From assembly GCF_009914755.1 (NCBI RefSeq), contig NC_060936.1: 64,000 bases of DNA. One strand, 5' to 3'. A model generated the notes under the pieces. The model ran no database searches, was not told the origin of the DNA, and saw only the letters and a list, made by a program, of their open reading frames with translations. Both the position numbers and the translations under genes were made by a program. The stretch is from the human T2T-CHM13v2.0 reference genome, Homo sapiens. Shown piece by piece: positions 1 to 37,379 of the stretch (its first letter is position 1; each line of letters opens with the position of its first letter).

Positions 1-527
<527 letters not shown>

Positions 528-623
528 ACGTGATTGGGGTCTCCAAAGACCTTTTCTTTTTATTCCTCAGTCTTTTGTAGATTGAGTAAAAAGACTAAGG
601 AAGACCAAAATGCATGCATATAG

Positions 624-992
<369 letters not shown>

Positions 993-2058
993 TAATCTGT
1001 CTCTTCCACTGTGAGGGTTGAAAGGAACACTGAATATAACAGGTGAGTTAATTAAGGGGTTAATGCCAGGAAGAGTCACGAAAGTTCAAAGATTCTTTAA
1101 AAAACTTGTCTTTTTAGGGCGGGCGCGGTGGCTCACGCCTGTAATCCCATCACTTTGGGAGGCCGAGGCGTGTGGATCACCTGAGGTCAGAAGTTTGAGA
1201 CCAGCCTGGCCAACATGGTGAAACCCCCCCTCTACTAAAAATACAAAAATTAACCGGGCGTGGTGGCGCGTGCCTGTAATCACAGCTACTAGCGGGGCTG
1301 AGGCAGGAAGATCGCTTGTACCCGAGAGGCGGAGGTTGTGGTGAGCCGAGATCGCGCCACTGCACTCCAGCCTGGGCAACAGAGCGAGACTCTGTCTCAA
1401 AAAAACAAAAAAGAAAAAAAAGAAAAAAAAAAAATTGCCTCTTTGGATTGATGGACAAGTACTTTAACCAATGGAAATAAAAATCTAAGCATTACTTCAT
1501 CATACTCAATTGTGATTGGTTGACGATCCCCGAGGGAGGGCTCAGAGGGCTGGCAATTAACCCTTTCAGGGAAAATCAGGCCTTTTGCATTTATTTTATT
1601 TTAAAGTTGAAGTAGTAACAGATGAAAAGCCTACAAAAGTCCCCGGACTTTCAAATACCACATTTCAGTCTTAGCCCAGAAAGCAGGATTTCGCCCCACA
1701 AAGGAATAGTCAAGGACAAATTTCCTGGAGAAAAGTTTTGAACTTTTAGAACGGGGAATCCGCTGACCTCGCTGAGTAAGTGAGAAGGTTGATTCACTTT
1801 TTGTGCTGTTGGAACAGGGACCAGTGTTGGAGATGATTCCATTAATCTTGCGAAGTGATCAGTCACTGGGAGGATTGAATTGCATTTCCTGCCTAAAGAT
1901 AGAGACAGATGACCTTTGCTGCAGCCCTCAGACCCCCAGTTCACAGCTGGGGAGAGGATGTGTCAGCGTTTACTTTCAGGTCTCACCCTGCCCTTTGTTC
2001 AAAATTCAGACTCTTTTGTGTTTAGGCTGCTGCTGGGGTTTTTGTAGTTGTTGATGCT

Positions 2059-2090
<32 letters not shown>

Positions 2091-2512
2091 TAACCGCCCA
2101 CATCCTGCAACTTCTGAGAAACAAACTCTCTATTTGGTAGAAGATAAAATCTGGAGGTGCCTCGGAGAGGGAACCAGAATAGACAGGGAATTCCGACAGG
2201 CCATTGGGCCTTTAGGCTTTAATTACTGCCCTCACCCCTTCCTGGACTCCCTAAATGCTGCAGGCTGAACTGGATGGAGCCAAAAGTCCAGCAAAATGAA
2301 TAACAATGCTTCGTGTTTATATGGCTCTACTACAAGAAAGCTTTTACACACATTACCTCATGGAAGAGGCACTGCTAAAGCAGAAGTATTTACATAAATG
2401 AACATTCGCAGTTCCTAAATGTAGTCAGCTGCATGACCTAGGACAAAGTGTCCAAACTTAAGTCTCAGTTTTCTTATCTGTAAAATGGGGTCACATGAAA
2501 GTTACCAGAGGA

Positions 2513-3430
<918 letters not shown>

Positions 3431-4660
3431 GTTACCCGACAATTGAATGAGCCAATGTTCTATAACAGGACTCAATAAATGGTGTGTCTTAATTAAAATG
3501 AGGTTGACCTCCTGGGTTCCAGAACGATGACAGCTAGCTGTGGATTGGGCAAATTTAGCTTTTCCCCAAGGGGAACGCCTTGGGGAAGCCTGCCTGGAAT
3601 GTATGGATTGAGTCCCCTTGCTTGTACATCCTGTCCCTCACCAGACTCCAAAGTCTGACCGTGCTGAACTATTTTGAGTTCTTTGACTAAACCTGCTCTT
3701 TCCTCCTCTAGACCTTTGCATATGCCAGTCTATTCCCGCAGCCCTTCTTCCCTCCTGTTTCTCCTGGAATCTGCTTTGCTCTCTCTCTTTCCTGCCCCCT
3801 CCCAGTAATTACCACATCATCTTATTGTTGCCTGTGCCTTCACCAGACTGTAAGCCCTGGAGGGCAGTACCTGGTCTGTCTCATTCATGGATATAGCTCT
3901 AGCAAAGTGCCTGCATGTTCTCTAAAAATACTTGTGGTTTTTTTTTTATTATTTTATTTTTTTGAGACGGAGTCTCACTCTGTCGCCCAGGATGGAGTGC
4001 AGTGGTGCGACCTTGGCTCACTGCAACCTCTGCCTTGCCTCCGGAGTTCAAGCGATCCTCCTGCCTCGGCCTCCCAAGTAGCTGGGATTACAGGCACCCA
4101 CCGCCACACCCAGGTAATATTTGTATTTTTAGTAGAGACGAGGTTTTGCCGTGTTGGCCAGGCTGGAAAACATACTTGTTGAATGGAAACCCAGCACCCC
4201 AATTCCTTCTCCCCAAATCCCAAAACTACTCACCCTTCTGGAAATCTCAAATAACTGCTGAAATTTTCTGTTTTCCTGGATAACCAAATTATAATACCCT
4301 TTACAGATGGTGTCCATGGCTTTTAACCCTCCTTGAAATGACATTCATTAATCCCACAACTATTTATTGAATGCCTCCTTGATTCACACAGAAAGCAACC
4401 TTAGGCAGGCACTGTGGCTCATACCTGTAATCCCAACAATTTGGGAGGTCAAAGCGGGTGGATCCCTTGAGCCCAGGAGTTAGAGACCAGCCTGGGCAAC
4501 ATGGTGAAACCCCATATCTACAAAACAAAAACAAAACACAGCAGCCTTGATAGGAAACTCTCCTCTTCATCCCGCGGCACCTATTCATGGCAGAGAGTGT
4601 GACGATCCCCCTGATGCGGCTGAGATGTTCTGAAATGAAGACGTTGGCTCTCATCCCCAG

Positions 4661-4708
4661 CCTGAAGAGAGAAAATTCTGAGATGGCTCCCTTACAGATT
4701 GAGAGCAG
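4661..4708 (+). ncRNA. Candidate internal exon of a plus-strand lncRNA (possibly the KDM2B divergent transcript)
   Basis: Perfect donor CAG|GTGAGT at 4708/4709; possible acceptors ctctcatccccag (4660) and ctcccttacag (4697). The 5' boundary is uncertain and there is no expression evidence. Confidence 0.3.
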
Positions 4709-4992
4709 GTGAGTTTACCTCTACTCTCACGCAAAACTCTCATTCAGAACACCTGTCACAACTAACAGACTACTCACGTGTCCACAGTCTAACACCACTC
4801 AATAAAAGGAAAATTCCCCGTCTAATCCCAGCACTACAGGAGGCCAAGGCAGGAGGCTCACTTGAGAGCCCAGAAGTTTGAGAACAGCCTAGGCAACATA
4901 ATTAGGCCCTGTCTCTGTTAAAAAAAAAAAAAAAAAAAAGGAAAAGTCTCTGAGGAGTCTGAGGAGACCAACCTTGTTCGTCCTCTTCACTA

Positions 4993-6691
<1,699 letters not shown>

Positions 6692-7070
6692 CGGCTGTGG
6701 CTAATTATTAGGTAACTAGCGTCGTTGGGTCTCCCTACCTGAAGGCCTAAAGGCTGGAGATAAGAGGGCTGAAGGGGAGTAGAGCCAGGACTGGTGGGCC
6801 TGGGAGCCACCAATAGTCCCAGAAGATCCTACGGGGACTTTGCCTTCTGCTCCTGATCTCTGGAATCGATTCATCAGCCTGAGCTTCGACTCCAGCCTCT
6901 GCATCCGCTTCTCCCAAGGTGATTCCTCAATGTCTGCTCTGGGCACCTCATGGATGCATCGCAAGGGCTTTAGGGAGTCCTCTGCTCACAGGGATTGACC
7001 TACCCGCTTGCCAGGTCTCAAGCTCTTGAGAGAAAGCCTGATGCTCTTTTTGTCTTCACCTCCATCCTAG

Positions 7071-9768
<2,698 letters not shown>

Positions 9769-10409
9769 TCAATTAAACAGTTGCTAAGCACTTAAAATAT
9801 GTCACGGGCCAGCGAGTCCAGTAAACATTTATTGACTTAAATCTGTGAACTCCTTAAGGGAAGGGACTGTGTCTACATTGTCATGATCCCGGCCCCAGAA
9901 GATGCTAATTAATGTGAAAACATGCTGGAAAAGTTACATACTGAACTCAAATATGAGTTAGAATACAGAATAGCTATTAGAGTAATAACACCCATTGCCT
10001 AACATGTGCCAGGCTTGCTGTTGGGTGTTGGAGAAAGGGCAGGGAGCTTAAACAAACATGGGAACTTACAGCTTAGCAGGGGAGACAGACTTTGTTCTGA
10101 GAATTGCACAGATAGAGAGGAAACTCTGAAGTTGATAAATATCACAAAGAAGACATATGTGGTGCTGTGAGTTCCATAATATGGAGGGAGGGAGGGTTGA
10201 CCTGGTCTCGGACTGGGGAGGGAGTGATGCCTAGAGCTGAGCTCTGAAGAAAAGTTCTTTGCTAGGCTGAGTGTTGGGGAAGTGCTCTCAGCAGATGAAA
10301 TGGCAGATAGAATAGGCCTTCTGACTGAGGCACACATGTGCTAAAGGGCGCAAAAGAAGGCCCATATGACCCAAGCATAGTGAGCTGAGGGTGCGATTGG
10401 GGGTGAAAT

Positions 10410-10603
10410 AAACTGCAAAAATTAGTAGACACTTTGGGAACTAGCTGGGCAATGTCTGATAAAGCTGAAGGTGTGTGTAACCTATGATGCAGCCGCTCCA
10501 CAGCTGAGGACATTGTTGACAGAAATGCAGGAGTGCACTGGGAAGCATGAACAAGAATGATGGCCCTAGCAGCATTGTATATCATCACAAAAAACTGGAA
10601 ATA
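10410..10603 (+). mobile_element. L1ME-like fragment
   Basis: acactttgggaactagctgggcaatgtctgataaagctgaa...gcagcattgtatatcatcacaaaaaactggaaa resembles the 3' part of L1M ORF2. Confidence 0.55.

Positions 10604-14628
<4,025 letters not shown>

Positions 14629-14708
<80 letters not shown>
14629..14708. repeat. Compound (TA)n(CA)n microsatellite at an Alu tail
   Basis: Read directly from the sequence. Confidence 0.97.
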
Positions 14709-14710
<2 letters not shown>

Positions 14711-14734
14711 TATTACTATCGACTTAAGAGAGAA

Positions 14735-16092
<1,358 letters not shown>

Positions 16093-16098
16093 GCAGCA

Positions 16099-16212
16099 GT
16101 ACTCACTCACTTTGGCAGCACGTATACTGAAATTGGAACCGCACATAGCACTTTAGCATGGCCCTTGCGCGAGAATGACAAGCAGATTCATGAGGCTGAG
16201 ACATTCCATGTT
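16099..16212 (+). pseudogene. U6 snRNA retro-pseudogene (full length, diverged)
   Basis: gtactcactcactttggcagcacgtatactgaaattggaac...ttagcatggcccttgcgcgagaatgacaagcagattcatgagg...ttccatgtt aligns along the whole of U6. Flanking repeats aaaaaagcagca (16087-16098) and aaaacagcagca (16213-16224). ACAGAGA box destroyed. Confidence 0.9.
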
Positions 16213-16266
16213 AAAACAGCAGCAACAGAAGCCCAGCAATCCCAGTGTCTCTTTGAAATTCTCCAT

Positions 16267-19720
<3,454 letters not shown>

Positions 19721-19830
19721 GAGATAGGCAGGAACTAGATCACATCAGTCTTTCCCATGCTGGGGAAGGCGCTTGGATTTCATCCTAACTCAGATTCTCA
19801 GATGCATGGTCACTGGAGGGCTGTACACAG

Positions 19831-20800
<970 letters not shown>

Positions 20801-21003
20801 AGCAGAGAAAGGACATGATCAGATTTATGTTTCAAAAACTATTTCTTGTTGCTATTACAGAATGGGCTTTAGCGGGATCAGCAGAAGCAGAGAGCCCGGG
20901 TGGGTAACTGCAGACGTGTGGGTGGGCAACAATGGCAGCCCGGATGTGATGGAATGGTTGCTGCTGGACGGAAGAGCTCAGATCTCAAGAAAATGCTAGG
21001 GGA

Positions 21004-21341
<338 letters not shown>

Positions 21342-22056
21342 TTATTGATGAATTGGATATTGTGGGGAAGGGTGCAGTCTAGGAAAGTGACTGCAGCGTG
21401 ACTCCTGGGGTGATCAGAACTACAATTTCTCCAGCTTCTCTGGGGCCTCACAGAGCCACACTGTGTTTGACAGGCTGTTCCCAGGATGCGGGTGTTTTTA
21501 TGTGATTAGGCTGGAACTGTTCTCTGGGAAATAAATGCCCTCAGTCTAAAGGGCTTTTACGAGCCAGGGCAGGGGATTAAAGGCGGCCGGGCTGTGGAGA
21601 AATCCCAGGGTTAGGAGACAGCTGAGCATGGAGACTTTTAATCTAAACCTTAAACGTTTTTATTTTCCACTCCTTGAACTCAGGGTGTCACTTTAAATAC
21701 ATGTTTGGCAACATCAGCTGTTCTATTTTTCTTTTTAATTATACAAAGCGAGATCCTGGAAATGGCTCAGCCCCAGGCTGGGGGAGGCAAGGGAAGTTTG
21801 GCAATGGTAGGAGGCAGAGAAACCAACTAAAAATCTAGTGGATTTGAAATCCTTTTGAGGGAGCACAGAGGCCAAACTTCGAGCCACCCTGAACTTGGTA
21901 AGAGCTGCCCTGACTCAGGATTTCTAAAAGGAGACCGACAGACTCACCAGCTTAGAATGGAGAGAGGACAGATGGACACGTCTCCAAGACAAAAATATCA
22001 CCAGCCCTAGCACTGTTCCTGTACCTCGAATTTATTCCCAGGCCCTGTCCTGTTAG

Positions 22057-22365
<309 letters not shown>

Positions 22366-22539
22366 TAGGTTGTTCATGACATCTATGGGGTACTCCCTAC
22401 TGTGTGCCAGCTGCTGGGCTCACCTGCTTACACGTGTTACACTGTTGTAGGCAGTCAGCTATTCTATAAGTAGGTGCTATTATTATCCCCGTTTTCTAGA
22501 TGGGGAATCTGGAATCTCCAGAGAGAACGGATGGAACCC

Positions 22540-23050
22540 CCACACCCCAGTGTTGGGCCTGCACTTCTTTGCCCTTGGACCCCTCCCTTGCCTTTCTCTA
22601 GCCTTGCTCCAGATCACAGGGTGGCCAACCTTTGGCAGGGTGGCTTCCTGCACAGATGGACCAACTGGAGGCAGTGCCAGGAGCCTGGTGGGTGGGAGGA
22701 GCCTGGTGGTGGGAGGAGCCTGGTGGGTGGGAGGAGCCAGGTGGTGGGAGGAGGGGAATCCAGGGTGTTCCTACCCCTCTGCCTCAGGTGGGATCTCCAG
22801 CTCCACCTCCCACCAGACAGGTCCACTGTGGCTCTGGCTTCTGCCTGAGGACTCCAGTCCGTCTTCGGTACCAGAAACACCACCCCCTGCCTCTGTCCCT
22901 CCAACCCCAGGGTGATAGCAGTCCTCCTGCTGGGGCTAACCTGGGGGCTGCCCTTCCCCTGCCTGCCTTTTCCTGTAAGTCTTCCATTACCCCTGGAGCA
23001 ATTCTCAGGATAAATGCTCTTAGTGTGGTAACTGTTTGTCCTGGTCAGAT
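22540..23050. mobile_element. ERVL-type LTR relic (LTR33-like) containing a G-rich minisatellite
   Basis: ctctgcctcaggtgggatctc...ctctgtccctccaaccccagggtgatagcagtcctcctgctggggctaac resembles LTR33; the family is by recollection. Confidence 0.5.
22680..22749 (+). repeat. G-rich minisatellite of 18/17/18/17-bp units (GGAGCCTGGTG[G]GTGGGA)
   Basis: Units at 22680, 22698, 22715 and 22733. Confidence 0.9.
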
Positions 23051-23435
23051 TCTCACAGATATACTACCTTCACTAAAGACTTACAGATCAGTCAATTCAT
23101 TCAATCTGGAAGGCAGCAATCCTCTTTCTCTGAGCACAGCACATCCCATGAGAGGGAAGGTTGGAGCCACCATTTACTGAGCGCTGTGCTAATTGCCAGA
23201 CAACTTTTCTTTCATGAAACACTCATAACAACCTCTTTGCCAAGTCCCATCAATATTCCCCTTTCACAGATGGGGCTCAGAGAGGCTGGGGTGCTTGCCC
23301 AAAGTGGCACAGTTACAAACTGACAAAACTGGGATTCAAATCCAAGAGTGCCTAGCTCCAAACTCTGCATAATGATCTAATCTCATCTGAACACACTTGC
23401 AGCCCCATTAGAATTCAACTTCCTTGGCTGGCTGA

Positions 23436-23690
<255 letters not shown>

Positions 23691-23759
23691 TAGCCAGGAT
23701 GGTCTCGATCTCCTGACCTCGTGATCCGCCTGCCTTGGCCTCCCAAAGTCCTGGCGTGA

Positions 23760-23966
<207 letters not shown>

Positions 23967-24099
23967 TAGTAGAGACAGGGTTTCGCCATGTTGCCCAGGC
24001 TGGTCTCCTGACCGCAGGTGATCCGCCCACCTCGGCCTCCCAAAGTGCTGGGATTACAGGCGTGAGCCATCACGCCCGGCCCCCCCAAAAAAATTTTTT

Positions 24100-27405
<3,306 letters not shown>

Positions 27406-27539
27406 AGTCCAACCTGATCTCATGTGTCTGATCTCTGCAGTGTGGCCTGCTTTGCTAATAGAGGATGTCAGACCGTCCAGGAAAATGATCCTGCTGACAC
27501 CCACCAAGTTAAGGGATATAGTGATTCTCCAAGGCATAT

Positions 27540-30870
<3,331 letters not shown>

Positions 30871-31924
30871 GGCACAAACTCAGACCCAACAAAGACTTCT
30901 GACCAGTGAGGGGGTAGGAGTGGAGGGAGGAAGAATGAGCACTATAAGCCCAGAAACTGGAGAGCAAGGAGACAGAGTTCACACTCCCCTGGCATAGTCT
31001 AAGCTCCAGAGTCAGAGAACCATTCTGAGACCAACACCAGGGCTCACCAACCCGACCCCATTCTGCATTTTGTAACCAGCCCCCTGACAGTGTCTCACTT
31101 GGTTTCCAGCCTCCTTCACCCCAATTCTTTGACCATGAAAACCTTCAAGATCACTCACAAAAGCTGCCTCCCAGATGTCTTGTGGAGCTGGCACCAGGGC
31201 TGGCTGGCAGAGGGATTTCATGCATTCTGAGTCAGGACACAAGGAAGGACTGACAGGGAAGCTGCCCCCAGCTCCATACAAGGACAACTTTTGAAGTATC
31301 AGACAACCAATCAGACATGCTCAGCTTCTAGAAGGAGTGAGCTTCCCATCGCCAGGGGTATGAAAACATTGTTCTAGCCGGGCTTGGTGGTGCATGCCTG
31401 TGGAGCCCAGGAGTCCGAATGCAGCCTGGGTAACACAATGAGACCCCTGTCTCCCCACCACCAAAAAAAAAAAAAAAACTGTGGGGAAAAGTTAGTAACC
31501 ATGGACCCCTCTAGGATCCTGGGGCAGGAGGCAGGGATGGTCCAGACACCCCACCCAAGTTTTTATTACTTGTGATCTGTGCAGATGGGGAAATTCAAAC
31601 CACACAGAATATTAGGAGAGGGGTGAGGAGCGTGACATAGTAGCTGGGGAAAGGAAACCCTCACCACCCCAAAGCCCCCTCTGAGTCACCACTCCCAGAT
31701 CCTTTTGTTCCTCTAAAATCAGCAAATCTCTCCTCCCAGCTTCCGGCCTCTTCCCCCTCCAGACCTCAGGCCCTCTTAGCTGCTAAATGTTGTGTGTTCC
31801 TAGTCCTGAACTGGGGGTTTCTGGGAACCAAGGACATTGCATTGTTTTGTTCATTGAACCTGTTTCCATTGGCAGTAGCCAGTGGGAGGCCCTGGGGTGA
31901 TAGCGACGTGATTGATTGATTGAT

Positions 31925-35574
<3,650 letters not shown>

Positions 35575-35603
35575 CCCATCTTTATTTTAAAAAAGCCAAG
35601 AAA

Positions 35604-35879
35604 AGGACAAAAAACCAAACACCGCATGTTCTCACTCATAGGTGGGAATTGAACAATGAGAACACATGGACACAGGAAGGGGAACATCACACTCCGGGGA
35701 CTGTTGTGGGGTGGGGAAAGGGGGGAGGGATAGCATTAGGAGATATACCTAATGCTAAATGACGAGTTAATGGGTGCAGCACACCAACATGGCACATGTA
35801 TACATATGTAACTAACCTGCACATTGTGCACATGTACCCTAAAACTTAAAGTATAATAATAATAAAATTAAATTTTTAA
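35604..35879 (+). mobile_element. 5'-truncated L1PA (L1PA3/4-like) 3' end
   Basis: aaaccaaacaccgcatgttctcactcataggtgggaattgaacaatgag...taccctaaaacttaaagtataat. TSD AAAAAAGCCAAGAAA at 35589-35603 and 35880-35894. Confidence 0.93.
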
Positions 35880-35961
35880 AAAAAAGCCAAGAAAGGGCTC
35901 TGCGGGAACCAGAGACTTCTTGGGGGCAGAGGTTTTCATCCCACAACGGTTGGGTGGGGGC

Positions 35962-35975
35962 GCGCCCTCTAGTGG
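35962..35975 (-). promoter_or_regulatory. CTCF core motif
   Basis: Minus strand reads CCACTAGAGGGCGC, a near-perfect CTCF core, in non-Alu sequence about 1.8 kb upstream of the promoter. Confidence 0.75.
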
Positions 35976-36707
35976 TGACAAGAGTTACGTTTCACCCCGC
36001 CAACCTGCAATGTCACATGCTCGTCACTCATTCCTGTCTCTCCCATAGTTATTCATTCAACAAAAAATTACTGAGGACCGATTGTATGCCGAGGAATATT
36101 CTAGATGCTGAGGGTAGAGCTGTGAAGCTGATAGTAAAGGTCCCTGCCCCGGAGTTTACCTCCTAGGAGACATTCCCTAGCACAGTCCTGCATACACCCC
36201 CACCTCACCTCTGCTCCCCAAAATTGGCCTTCCAACGCTCCAACAGCCAAATATCCCTGCTTAAAGGTCTTGGCATGAGCAGTTCCCTCGCCGCCCTGGA
36301 AAGCTAGATCCTGTCTGTTTGCATGGCGGGCTCTGGTCTCAGCTTAAATGTGACCTAAGTCAGAAAGGTGTGATCTCACTTATTTCCTGCCCCTCTCCAC
36401 ACTCCACTAAAATATAATATTCGGGCCGGGCATGGAGGCTCATGCCTGTAATCGCAGCACTTTGTGAGGCCGAGGCGGGCGGATCTCCTGACGTCAGGAG
36501 TTCCAGGCTAGCCTGGCCAACATGGCAAAACCCCGTCTCTACTAAAAATACAAAAATTAGCCAGGTGTGGTGGCGGGCGCCTGTAATCCCAGCTACGCAG
36601 CAGGCTGAGGCAGGAGAATCGCTTGAACCGGGAGGTGGAGGTTGCAGTGAGCCAAGATCGCGCCATTGCACTCCTCCAGCCTGGGCGACAAGAGCAAAAC
36701 CCTGTCT

Positions 36708-36782
<75 letters not shown>

Positions 36783-36832
36783 TATATATACATATATATG
36801 TGTATATATGTGTGTGTGTATATATATATATA
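36708..36832. repeat. A-run followed by a compound (TA)n(CA)n...(TG)n(TA)n microsatellite
   Basis: Read directly; it is the tail of the Alu at 36424-36738. Confidence 0.95.
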
Positions 36833-36920
36833 AAATATTCAATGAAGGTTATCATTTTCCTGGAATCCCTCAGCGTAGCACGTAATAGTTGCTCAGAAGA
36901 CACTTGCTGAATAGGTTTGA

Positions 36921-37025
<105 letters not shown>

Positions 37026-37379
37026 TGAGACCAGCCTGGCCAATATGGTGAAACCCCATCTCTACTAAAAATACAAAAATTAGCAGGGCATGGTGGCGGG
37101 AGCCTGTAATCCTAGCTACTCGGGAGGCTGAGGCAGGAGAATTGCTTGAACCCAGTAATAAAAAAATAATAAATCAGGAACCGGTCACCTCAATACGTAT
37201 CAGATGCTGGTGAACACAGGTGGACAAAGTGGTTAACAGACAGGTTTTGTCCATCTCGTTCACCACCCTACCCAGCCTCAGCACCTAGACCAGTGTTGGC
37301 ACCCAGTGGGCGCCAAATAAACACTGCTTGAACTCCAGACGTCAGCCGCTCTTTTTCCTACAGACCTTGAGCCACCTTG

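Noticed and set aside
16099-16212. Functional U6 gene or U6/L1 chimera
   Set aside because: ACAGAGA box is mutated, there are internal indels, no PSE/TATA upstream, and it has its own TSD 3' of the L1.
22632-23180. 182-aa Trp/Gly-rich ORF; also a CRISPR-like reading of the 18/17-bp repeats
   Set aside because: The ORF arises from a minisatellite in an LTR relic. The repeats have no spacers and this is primate DNA.
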